From the NCBI GenBank assembly GCA_000004985.1, contig GG738864.1: a stretch of 64,000 nt of DNA; one strand, written 5' to 3'. The notes beneath the pieces were generated by a model that saw only the letters and a list, made by a program, of their open reading frames with translations, was not told where the DNA came from and did not search any database. This document shows positions 21,342 through 30,674 of this stretch, in pieces. The stretch comes from Naegleria gruberi (lineage: Eukaryota). How positions within the stretch are numbered: position 1 is the first letter of the stretch; every line of letters begins with the position of its first letter. A program made the position numbers and the translations under genes.

Positions 21342-23474
21342 ATGACAGGCAAAGAACAAAATACTCACCAGATTCTCCCCAAAGCTTCCTCTAACGCTCT
21401 ACAAACAGTACAATCAGAACAATATGATTATCTTGAGGACCAAAATGTCGATGAGTTAATTTGTTCAATTTGTTTGTTTCCGTTTGTTGATCCAATTTCA
21501 CATAGTACATGTGGAAATACCTTCTGTTCAACATGTGTGGAAAAGGTTGTGAATTGTCCAATGTGTGGTGAAGATGAATTCAAGAAGAATTGTTCACCAA
21601 GTGCAAAGGTGGTCATAAACATGTTGGATAAATTGAAAGTTAGGTGTGGAATGTGCAAGACAATTGTCCCAAGAGGCGAACTGAAAGACCATCAAGACAA
21701 ATATTGTCCACTCCATGGAGCCTATCAACAAGTTGAAGAATTAAAGAAGAAGTTGGAAGCAGAACACCTTGAAAAGCTTGAGATTGCTCAAAAAGAACTT
21801 GAAGAAAAGATGAAAAGTTTGCAAGTAGATCATGAACAATATTTGCAAAAAGCACAAGAGAATTTGACAAGGAGAGAAGAGGAATTACTCCAACAAGCAA
21901 AGAAAAAAGAAGAATTGTTGGAAAACCAAATGAAGGAACTTAAAAATCAAGTTGTGGCCAGAGAGAAATTTGAATCAACCAACAAACCTATCCATTTAAA
22001 TGTTGGTGGAACTATTCTTACTGTTTCATTGGGAGCTTTTATTCACAATGAAAGAGAACCTGATAATTTATTCAAGAAAATGTTCACTGGCGAGTATCCA
22101 TTGTATCAAACTCCATCAAAGAAATTCAATGATCCTATTTATTTCATTGATTGTGATCCAGTTATTTTCAAACTCATTCTTGATTGGTTGAAATTTGGTA
22201 TCATTGGAAATGAATTGAGTGATGACATGAAACAATCACTTTTATGTTCTTGCAATTCGTTCGGTATTGAAAATATAACCAAACATTTAAAGGAGAAACA
22301 CAAACAAGTAGCCAAGATGTCACAATTTGACTTTATGAATGTTGTCAATCTTGCAAGAAGTCAAAAAAGCAAACTAAATTTGAGTGGCCTTGATTTAAGA
22401 AAATTAGTGTTAAACAGTACGGATTTGAAGAATGCAGAAATTCTTGGATCTGACTTCAGTGGAATGAATTTGAAAAACACTGATTTCAAAGGAGGAATCT
22501 TGATAGGATGCAATTTCAGTAATTGCACTTTAACAAGTGTAAGAATTCAAGATTGTAATTTGGAAGGATGTGACTTTTCAAATACTATCTTTAAAAATAC
22601 TGACATTTTGAAAAACAATTTGTCAGGTGCCAATTTTGAAAATGCTCAATTTGAAAAGTGCAAAATTCAATGGCATTTTAAAAAGGGAAGAGATAATAAT
22701 TTGAAATATTGTAAATTTGTTGATTGTAATTTCGACGGATCAATATTTGAAGAAATTGATTTTTTTGAATCTATTTTATCATCAAGTAATATATTTAATA
22801 CTGGAACAATCAAGAATGCAGATTTAAGACAATGGAAAGATTTATCCAAATTCAAAGAAATGAAATTTGATTCATGTGTGTTTAATTTTACTGAAGAAAC
22901 AACAAAGGATATCATAGTTCCATTTGAATGTGATATTATTGACTTTGAAACCTCTTTGGCATTATATTCACATACTGAAAGTAAAGCAATTCCTCAATTA
23001 CTATATAAGGGAACAAGAGATGGATTTAATGGTTATTCCTTTCATCCTAAATGTGATAATCGCGGCCCAACATTAACAATTATCAAATCAGAACATGACC
23101 AAATATTTGGTGGATTTACCTCTAAACCTTGGACATCAAACAGATCACCACAGACCTATGTTTCAGATGAATCTGCATTTATTTTCAAAATTGAAAAAGA
23201 TTCAACAAATCAAAATTATCAATTTAGAAAATTCAATATCAAACAAGATAAGAAACAATATGCTATTAACGTTTTTGAAGGTTTTTTGCCAAAGTTTGGG
23301 GAAGACATTTATATTTGCAATGATTGTGATTCTCAAAATCAATCATATTCAGGATTAGGCTATGCTTATGAATCACCAAACAACTTTTCGAGCAATGAGA
23401 CACAAAGCTATTTGGCAGGAAGTTCCCCTTTCAAAGTTAAAGAAATAGAAGTTTTTCTTATTAAAAATTATTAA
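21342..23474 (+). CDS. RING finger, TRAF-type zinc finger, coiled coil, BTB/POZ (KCTD-like), pentapeptide repeats and a C-terminal TLDc domain.
   Basis: ATG at 21342 (aaaaaaaataATG). The RING is CSICLFPFVDPISHSTCGNTFCSTCV..CPMC. The TRAF-zf-like part is KVRCGMCKTIVPRGELKDHQDKYCP. The coiled coil has KK..EE repeats. The BTB part is IHLNVGGTILTVSLGAF...FIDCDPVIFKLILDWLKFG. The pentapeptide repeats are NLSGLDLRKLVLNSTDLKNAEILGSDFSGMNLKNTDFKGGILIGCNFSNC... The TLDc part is LLYKGTRDGFNGYSFHPKCDNRGPTLTIIKSEHDQIFGGFTSKPW. Confidence 0.8.
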   Translation: MTGKEQNTHQILPKASSNALQTVQSEQYDYLEDQNVDELICSICLFPFVDPISHSTCGNTFCSTCVEKVVNCPMCGEDEFKKNCSPSAKVVINMLDKLKVRCGMCKTIVPRGELKDHQDKYCPLHGAYQQVEELKKKLEAEHLEKLEIAQKELEEKMKSLQVDHEQYLQKAQENLTRREEELLQQAKKKEELLENQMKELKNQVVAREKFESTNKPIHLNVGGTILTVSLGAFIHNEREPDNLFKKMFTGEYPLYQTPSKKFNDPIYFIDCDPVIFKLILDWLKFGIIGNELSDDMKQSLLCSCNSFGIENITKHLKEKHKQVAKMSQFDFMNVVNLARSQKSKLNLSGLDLRKLVLNSTDLKNAEILGSDFSGMNLKNTDFKGGILIGCNFSNCTLTSVRIQDCNLEGCDFSNTIFKNTDILKNNLSGANFENAQFEKCKIQWHFKKGRDNNLKYCKFVDCNFDGSIFEEIDFFESILSSSNIFNTGTIKNADLRQWKDLSKFKEMKFDSCVFNFTEETTKDIIVPFECDIIDFETSLALYSHTESKAIPQLLYKGTRDGFNGYSFHPKCDNRGPTLTIIKSEHDQIFGGFTSKPWTSNRSPQTYVSDESAFIFKIEKDSTNQNYQFRKFNIKQDKKQYAINVFEGFLPKFGEDIYICNDCDSQNQSYSGLGYAYESPNNFSSNETQSYLAGSSPFKVKEIEVFLIKNY

Positions 23475-23659
23475 AAATTTTACAATTCTGAGGAGAAGAA
23501 GAAATTTCCACTCAAATTGGAGGAAAAGATCTAGCACTCTATTTGTCATATTGAAATATGTAACTCTCAAATACTGTAGAACCATACTCGTTTGGGAAAT
23601 TCCATATAAAAATTATATATAAAATAGTTAAATTCAATGTATTATTGAGATATGAGTTT

Positions 23660-25033
23660 CTAATTAAGATAATTGTGTAATTTTAAATATTTGATTCCAT
23701 CCAGGTCTACACACTTATTCTTCAGTTGTAATTTTTTCAAAGTGCTAATTTGAGAAAGGTAATCCCATCCGTATGAGTCAATTGAGTGCTCAGAATGTGA
23801 TATGTCAAGCTCAGTAAGCGATGGCAGTTTTGAAATTTCACAAATTTCAGTCCTGCTTAACTTGCTATTCGACAAATCTAAAACTCTCAAATTTTCCAAC
23901 CTTGAAATCATTGTAAATTCCATTCCACTCAATCCAGTATTTGAGGCATTGAGGTATGTCAAATATTTCAATTTGGAAAAATTGATATAGTTAGTAGGAT
24001 CGTTCAATCCACTTGGTTTCTTGTCACGGATTGAAAGATACTCTAATTTTTGTAAACCTTCTATTAGATGTTTGAGACCTGAGTAGTTGGCATTCTCAAT
24101 AGTTAAGCGAGTCAAATTTGGTAAAGTGGACAAATGTTTACACCCTAATTCTCCAATCTCGTTATCAGTTATATCCAAACTTTTCAGTGAGCTCATTTTG
24201 GCTATATGATTACACCCCTCACAGGTTATATTACAATTTCTCAAAGAAAGTGACGTTAAACTATTCATTGTAGAAATTATTTGTAATGTGTTGTCCATAT
24301 TAATTTTCTCCAATGAGAGAGAATCTAACTCAGTTAAATTAACTAAATGATTGATTTTCGCAGAGTCCAATCTAAAAATTTCAATATTATTGGCATCCAT
24401 TGAAAGATCTCTCACCTTAGTCAATTTTGAAATATTCTTCAACGTGTTCTCAATTACTTCACCCTGTTCATGTTCATTCACAAAAGAACATTTCAAACTT
24501 GTTAAACTATTTTTCAGTTCCAAAAGAAATGCAAAATCTCTACTTTCAGGAAAATAACATCCACCCACATTCAAAACTCTAAGATTTTTCAATTTTGTCA
24601 AATATTCTGGTTTGGGAGCTACCATTTCTCGCCTCTCAACAATCAATGTTTCTAAATCGCTCAAATCACCAGCAAGACATTCAACTTCCAAACCAAAATA
24701 CAATTTCTTCAATTCCAAATAATGTAACTTCTTCATAAATCCCTTCTTACAATATTCTACAAAACTCATAACCATTACACGATTCCGATCGCCATCATCA
24801 CCTCCTCTATTATTATTGTTATTATTACTATTATATTCTATCGACATGGGAATACAAAATCTAATCCAATCAGTCCATTTTCTACAAATTAAACTCAAAT
24901 CCTTGATCAAATATTTAGATGAAAAGTAGGGAAGAATAGAGTACAATACAACGTCATCCGATAATTTTCCAAACTCTCCATCGTAGAGAATTTTAATTCC
25001 TCCTCCTCTTCTGAATTTGTGTGTTGTTGCCAT
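23660..25033 (-). CDS. F-box-like / leucine-rich repeat protein (RNI-like LRR).
   Basis: ATG at 25033. The N-terminus (VVLYSILPYFSSKYLIKDLSLICRKWTDWI) resembles an F-box. The remainder is LRRs of about 24-28 aa with L..L.L..N.I consensus (LTELDSLSLEKINMDNT..., LTSLSLRNCNITCEGCNHIA..., LKSLDITDNEIGELGCKHL...). Confidence 0.7.
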   Translation of the reverse strand: MATTHKFRRGGGIKILYDGEFGKLSDDVVLYSILPYFSSKYLIKDLSLICRKWTDWIRFCIPMSIEYNSNNNNNNRGGDDGDRNRVMVMSFVEYCKKGFMKKLHYLELKKLYFGLEVECLAGDLSDLETLIVERREMVAPKPEYLTKLKNLRVLNVGGCYFPESRDFAFLLELKNSLTSLKCSFVNEHEQGEVIENTLKNISKLTKVRDLSMDANNIEIFRLDSAKINHLVNLTELDSLSLEKINMDNTLQIISTMNSLTSLSLRNCNITCEGCNHIAKMSSLKSLDITDNEIGELGCKHLSTLPNLTRLTIENANYSGLKHLIEGLQKLEYLSIRDKKPSGLNDPTNYINFSKLKYLTYLNASNTGLSGMEFTMISRLENLRVLDLSNSKLSRTEICEISKLPSLTELDISHSEHSIDSYGWDYLSQISTLKKLQLKNKCVDLDGIKYLKLHNYLN

Positions 25034-25155
25034 TTTTTAATAAATTAAATACAATTATTTACAATTAATTTATTTAACAGTTTTATTTAATTTAAATATT
25101 TAACAATTATCCTAATTTATTTAACAGATTTCAACTTTATTCGCGATTTGAAGGA

Positions 25156-26145
25156 TTATTGGGTCTTGTTGATACACTTCTTACATGCCTCACAATGGCA
25201 TGCACATTTACAATTCCCGAGTTCAATGTTCAATTCTTTGATACCTTCAATCTCTTCAGTTTTCTCTACCAAAGTTGTTTGTAAATTATGAACAACTTCA
25301 GGGTGAGATAGTTGCTTAAAGTAGTTCATAATATCAAGGCACTTTTTCTTCAAGAGCTCAATATCTTTCTTCAAAAATTCATTGTCATGCTTTAAGATTT
25401 CATTATCTTTCTTCAAGAACTCAACATCTTTCTTCAAATTCTCAACGTCCTTCTCCAAAGACTCATTTTGCATTTTAAACATTCCATTATCTCTATTCAA
25501 AGACTCATTGTCTTCTATAACCATAGTTATTAGCTTGTTTTGATTTTGGTACTGCTTATCATGCATGCTCTTAGAGACCTCGTCCTCTTGAACAGATACA
25601 CCAGAACCATCAACAACCTCATTATCCTTTGAACTTGGCATCTTGGTGTTCTCCATATTATCAGCAACAGGAGTTGTTAAATTTCTTACCGAACCACTAA
25701 TAAATTGTTCCAAACTGCTCTCTTCCACACTTCTATTATTCACTTCCACTGACTCCTTAATAAGCTGAACAAGCTTGTTGAAGTATTTTTTCCAAAAAGC
25801 AACAGGGAGACCAAGAAGAGTTTCTCCAAACTTTTTCTCTGTTTCAAAGTGCAACTCAAAAGCCTTCTCAATTTCAACAGAAGAAACATTAGAATGTTCC
25901 TTCTTGAATTTTTGATCCCAGAAATGAAGAACGATACGCCTGGCTACATTCTTGTTGGATTTCATCACCTCTTTCAAAGCCTTGGAGACCTCCTTTTCTG
26001 ATGAAAAATCAAATAACAACTCATTAGAAATAAATAGCATGTGATGAACAATGTCGAAAACAAGCTTACGAAGATCTTTATCTTTGTATTTGCCATTAAT
26101 GACGTTCTTCAAGATAATAATTTGTTCGGTCGTCACTGGTTTCAT
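25156..26145 (-). CDS. Coiled-coil protein with tandem approximately 8-residue repeats and a C-terminal Cys cluster.
   Basis: ATG at 26145 (MKPVTTEQIIILKNV...). A repeated LKKD/EFLKKD unit (DVENLKKDVEFLKKDNEILKHDNEFLKKDIELLKKK) is encoded by imperfect roughly 24-bp tandem DNA repeats at about 25360-25480. The C-terminus is CKCACHCEACKKC. Confidence 0.5.
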   Translation of the reverse strand: MKPVTTEQIIILKNVINGKYKDKDLRKLVFDIVHHMLFISNELLFDFSSEKEVSKALKEVMKSNKNVARRIVLHFWDQKFKKEHSNVSSVEIEKAFELHFETEKKFGETLLGLPVAFWKKYFNKLVQLIKESVEVNNRSVEESSLEQFISGSVRNLTTPVADNMENTKMPSSKDNEVVDGSGVSVQEDEVSKSMHDKQYQNQNKLITMVIEDNESLNRDNGMFKMQNESLEKDVENLKKDVEFLKKDNEILKHDNEFLKKDIELLKKKCLDIMNYFKQLSHPEVVHNLQTTLVEKTEEIEGIKELNIELGNCKCACHCEACKKCINKTQ

Positions 26146-26391
26146 TAGTAAGGTTTGAGTGTTTTTTTTGAGGTTGTTTTTTACCGCCGAAACCTCAATA
26201 CTCAGCTAGCTACCAGAATTAGTTCATCTTGTGCTTGGAGTCTAGCCTTGTTGTTGAAAACAATGAACAAACAAAATTATTGTTTTATCACAAAAGAACC
26301 ATAGCAACTAGTTTACCACTTCATTTCCCACTTCGTTCTATACCATCTTTCAAAATGAATATAAAGAGGTTTCATTCACGTCAAAAAAGTT

Positions 26392-27749
26392 TTATTTACT
26401 CAAGTTAATAGCCTTCAATTCTGAGATAACATAGTCACCACATAAAACAGATGGATACTTTTCAGATTTCCATTCTTCCTTAATTGGACCAATATCTTCA
26501 TCAGCAGCAACGTGTGAGAATAAGGTAGAAGAAACTCTCCACAATGGACGACCAGCTTGCTTTTGTCTTTCAACAGCTTCTAAAGTTTCTGGAATAACAG
26601 CAACTTCATGGTATCCAGACATGATGGTACCACCAGTCAACCATTCCAATTGCTTACCAGCTTGCAATAATAAACAGCCCTTTGGGACTTTAACTTGGAG
26701 CTTTTTACCACTTCTGAGCCAGATGAACAAGCCTGGATATCTAGAAGCAGAGTGAATGGTAATAAAGTTCAAATCAAAGTGGAAACCAGCAAGAACAGTA
26801 CCCAATTCGTTATACTTATTGAGGTCAGAACCAGTTGGAGCAAGTAAATGTCTACCATACTTTAACAAGCTGGTCAATTTATCCTTTTCGAGTCCTAAAC
26901 CTAATGCCAACATTTCACTGACAGTGCCAACTGCATTGACCATATTGTTGGCCCAACTAGTTTCCAATAATTTCAATCATCCATCATCATCAACATATTA
27001 ATTACAATTATTCCGATAACAATTATCAAATTTCCGAAAATTCACATTATTATGTGATGATAGTGTACAATAAATCAATGAATAAATAATTGATTGATAA
27101 TAATATGAAACAAACCTGTCCATCTTTTCCATCCAAATATCCTTGAAAGCTTCTGGGACTACATTTGGTTGATTGAGACCTGGGAACTAATTGTTTGAGG
27201 TTAGAATTTAATAATATTATATAGTAATATTTACCTTAGTTTCTTTTGATTGGGAAAATTAATTAATTAATTAAATAAATTAAAAATTAAAAAAAACTAA
27301 ATATTAATTCCCTAATTTGGTACCTACCTGGATTTTGATTTCCTACTGGATGGAAAAATCTCCATTTAGGGTCTGTTCCCTTGGTTGGACTATCAAATAA
27401 TTAATACTGTCAATTGAGAAACAACTTACGTTGGCTTGCTTTCAATGTCATCTGGTAATGAAGTGGCAATATATTCGGTGTTATCTCTTGGACGTTCAGT
27501 TTTTTCAGGTGTGGCACCAATTTGATAAGACCATTCTGGATGAACGTCTTTCATCTTGACTTCAGTTGGTTGAGCATAATAATCTTCCATCATATCCAAA
27601 AAATCAGAAGCAGTTTCAAAAGTGACTCTAGGGTCTCTAATAATCAATGCAGAAGTTTCACGGAATGATTTATAAATTCTATCAACATCTTCTTGTTTAA
27701 CATTTCCTGAGAGATAGTCAGCAAGATCGACAATTTGAATTTCCTCCAT
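26392..27749 (-). CDS. 2-oxoglutarate/Fe(II)-dependent dioxygenase-family protein. Multi-exon.
   Basis: Exon 1 is 27426..27749 (ATG at 27749; MEEIQIVDLADYLSGNVKQEDVDRIYKSFRETSALIIRDPRV, an N-terminal DIOX_N-like region). Short exons lie in 26977-27425 (e.g. ..TPTKGTDPKWRFFHPVGNQNP, 50-55 nt introns with GTAAGT/GTAGGT). The last exon is 26392..26976 and carries an HxD...H iron-binding triad (AGFHFDLNFITIH ... SGYHEV) and an R-x-S motif (RVSSTLF). Internal exon boundaries were not fully resolved. Confidence 0.65.
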
Positions 27750-28005
27750 TATTATTATTAGTAGTGGGGTGTGAATAGTTGAAAAAAGTGAGCGGTAGTG
27801 TTGTGCGCTTTTTTTTTGTGTTGAAAAATTTATTTAACGGGAGTCTCGTTCGCTTTATGAAAATGTCCATTAGTGGTTGGCTCAGTGTGAGGTGGGTACT
27901 TGTAAGATAATCGATTGATTTTGAAATTTAGTTGACTTGCTCGATTTTCACCATTTCGAGTTGGTTTGGGTGTGTAGTCAACCGTAGGTTATAGTGGTAT
28001 GTTGT

Positions 28006-29115
28006 TTACAATGAATAGTATTCGGTATAATTACAGACACGTTCCTTAATGAGTTCAAAATAGAGAGATTGATTGAGTTTGGTGGCACACCAGATTTTGG
28101 TTAGTGGAGTGGAATCGGTTTCAGATGCATTTTCCACCAGTTCTATAATGCCTTCTTTTGGTTTTTCATCATAGAGTATAACTGGTACCTGTTTCAGTTC
28201 GAATAGTTGAGGATATAATAGAAAAGTTGATGTGCATGTATCGTAGGTGCATGACTCTAAGGAAATTTTGAGGAATTCTCTTCTCAATTTTACAATTGGA
28301 GGGATTTTGTCCAAATCGTCAGTCTTGTTAATCAAGTCAACCAGAATTTTTAGATTTTCTGCATCAATGACGTGTAAATTGGCGACTGATAATTCAAACA
28401 GGTAGACTTTTTCACTCAAATATTCAATTACCATCTTGGCAGCTTTTCCATCACAAAAGAAATTAGTTTCACTTTGATTGACTTCGTTGGCTGGTTCATT
28501 GGTGAAAATGGCACCTCCCATAATAACAATCATTTTAAGTTTTTGCTGGACTATCTTTCTATGGTGTTCATTCACTAATAATCGTGCCAAATTAGTCATT
28601 GGTCCAATACTGAACCATGTGAAATAATTATCAGGTGCACCTTCCATCAATTTAATCATTTCCTCAACATAATTGTCATTTCCAATAATTTCTAAATCAC
28701 CAATAGCATTCAATGGATTCAACTTGGCCAAATCTCCCAACTCATTATGAACCCTCTCAAATTCATAATCCTTATACCATTGTGCTTCGGAGAAACAATG
28801 CCCATTCACAGGATCCATTCTCTCCATAGCTCCAACAAATAACTTGGTTCCCTTCTTTAAAAATCCAGTATCCTGTTGTATTCTCTGAATACATTCGGCT
28901 GCCTTTTCCAAATTCAATGAAAGTCCCTTGACAATACTCACTGCACAAACATTGATGGAATGTGGTCTTCCCAACACGGAAGGAAATGATAAAGTTTGTG
29001 TCGCTGTAAAATTGGTCAGGGCAAATACATCATCAATACCAATATCAGTATCGAAAATGACATGATGATCACCTGCATAATGGGATAAAACACTCAGTGG
29101 GGTTTGTTCTAACAT
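28006..29115 (-). CDS. Inosine-uridine-preferring nucleoside hydrolase (IUNH) family protein.
   Basis: ATG at 29115. The N-terminal fingerprint is VIFDTDIGIDDVFAL (DxDxxxDD aspartate cluster). Length is 369 aa. Confidence 0.8.
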   Translation of the reverse strand: MLEQTPLSVLSHYAGDHHVIFDTDIGIDDVFALTNFTATQTLSFPSVLGRPHSINVCAVSIVKGLSLNLEKAAECIQRIQQDTGFLKKGTKLFVGAMERMDPVNGHCFSEAQWYKDYEFERVHNELGDLAKLNPLNAIGDLEIIGNDNYVEEMIKLMEGAPDNYFTWFSIGPMTNLARLLVNEHHRKIVQQKLKMIVIMGGAIFTNEPANEVNQSETNFFCDGKAAKMVIEYLSEKVYLFELSVANLHVIDAENLKILVDLINKTDDLDKIPPIVKLRREFLKISLESCTYDTCTSTFLLYPQLFELKQVPVILYDEKPKEGIIELVENASETDSTPLTKIWCATKLNQSLYFELIKERVCNYTEYYSL

Positions 29116-29453
29116 TTTTTTAAATTATTTAATCTGCAATCTGTTACAACAAAGTCATCATATACAATAATCAATTTCTACTCTCCCATTTATCAATATC
29201 TCCACTAGTTAGTTGATAAAGTGAGCACAAAACAGTTCAATCTGTTATGTCTATGAGAGTTGAATAGAGGAAGGCAAAACCGTTAAATTTTTAAAAATTC
29301 CCTCCAAAAAACCAAACATTATTCCGTTACACACCAGAAAATCTTTAAAAAAAAATACACTTAGCACCGCTTGCTGCTGTTGCTCTCAAAGATTGTGTGA
29401 TCATTTTCCATCGCACAAACAAAATAATATCCAAATAATTCATCATCATCACC

Positions 29454-30452
29454 ATGAATATTCCAAGACCTCAACAACAGTCGTCTCTCCTGACTGAATC
29501 ACTTCTCTCCTCTTCGGTTCCTTCCCATCAATATATGAATTCGTCAGTGTTATCCTCCTCCGTGTCGAATAATCTTTCATCTAATTTGATAAAACACACT
29601 CCACATAATCCACTTTTAATGTCCTCTCAAGTTATGAAGACTTATCAAGATGTTTTCAAAGATGAAAAGATTAAGAAACAACAACAAGAACTTGTGGAGA
29701 AGAATGAACAAATTTCCAAACTCGTATCACAAATTGACTCTATGGAAGATCAATACTCTACCGCCCAAACTAAACACGAAAGAGATTTACAAGATTTAGA
29801 GATTAGACTGAGGAAGGAGTATGAAGAAAGAGAAGAGGAATTGAAGAAATCTCACGAAGCAAAGCTTGCTGCATTGAATGAAGAAAGAAAGAACGAATTT
29901 GAAACTAGTCAACAAAAGATTATTGAACAGGAATATCTCATTAAGGATATCCAATCTCAACTCAATTTGACAGACTCTAAGGATATTGTTAAAACTCTCA
30001 CCAAGTTTATTAAAAAGTATAAGAAGGAAAAGGAAGCTAACAAATCTCTGGAAGAAAGAGGTAAACAAATGCTTGCCAATCTTAATGATGTTGTAAAGAA
30101 ATATAAGGAATCAAAGGAGTCTGCAGAAAAGGAATTTGATAAGAAGAATAGAGAAATTGAAGGACAAAAGAAGGAAATTATGACATTGAGAATGGAACTT
30201 GCAGTAGTTCAACGTCAATTGGAATATAATAGAACTCATATGGGTGTTGGATTTGATACTGATACTGAGGATGGTTCTTCATTATTTAATCCAAGCTCTC
30301 CAACTACAAGCGTTTCAAGTTTCAGTGTTAGCAGTCCATCTAAGAGTCCTTCCAAAGCACTGACTCCAAAGAAGATGTTTGGTATGCCTCAAAAGAAAAC
30401 CATTACTCTTTCTCCAAATCCACTCAAGGATATCACCAATTTATCTCACTAG
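29454..30452 (+). CDS. Coiled-coil protein with an S-rich C-terminus. Hypothetical.
   Basis: ATG at 29454. Long E/K-rich heptad region (KIKKQQQELVEKNEQISKLVSQIDSMEDQYSTAQTKHERDLQDLEIRLRKEYEEREEELKKSHEAK...). The C-terminus is an SP-rich tail. Confidence 0.5.
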   Translation: MNIPRPQQQSSLLTESLLSSSVPSHQYMNSSVLSSSVSNNLSSNLIKHTPHNPLLMSSQVMKTYQDVFKDEKIKKQQQELVEKNEQISKLVSQIDSMEDQYSTAQTKHERDLQDLEIRLRKEYEEREEELKKSHEAKLAALNEERKNEFETSQQKIIEQEYLIKDIQSQLNLTDSKDIVKTLTKFIKKYKKEKEANKSLEERGKQMLANLNDVVKKYKESKESAEKEFDKKNREIEGQKKEIMTLRMELAVVQRQLEYNRTHMGVGFDTDTEDGSSLFNPSSPTTSVSSFSVSSPSKSPSKALTPKKMFGMPQKKTITLSPNPLKDITNLSH

Positions 30453-30674
30453 GTCAATGTGTAATAGCAATGTCATGTGTGTGAAACACCTGACAAATGC
30501 TTTACAAATTCTTATAAATTTTATCGATTGTATTAATATTTTGTAATTAAGGTACACCAAACTCTCCAAATCAGGTAATCACTAATTGATTTTTCAATAA
30601 GTGAAACCTTTCTTTCCAAATCCATAATTTTTCATGCTTCACTCCATCACCAATCATCAAAACACTGTTAAAAA

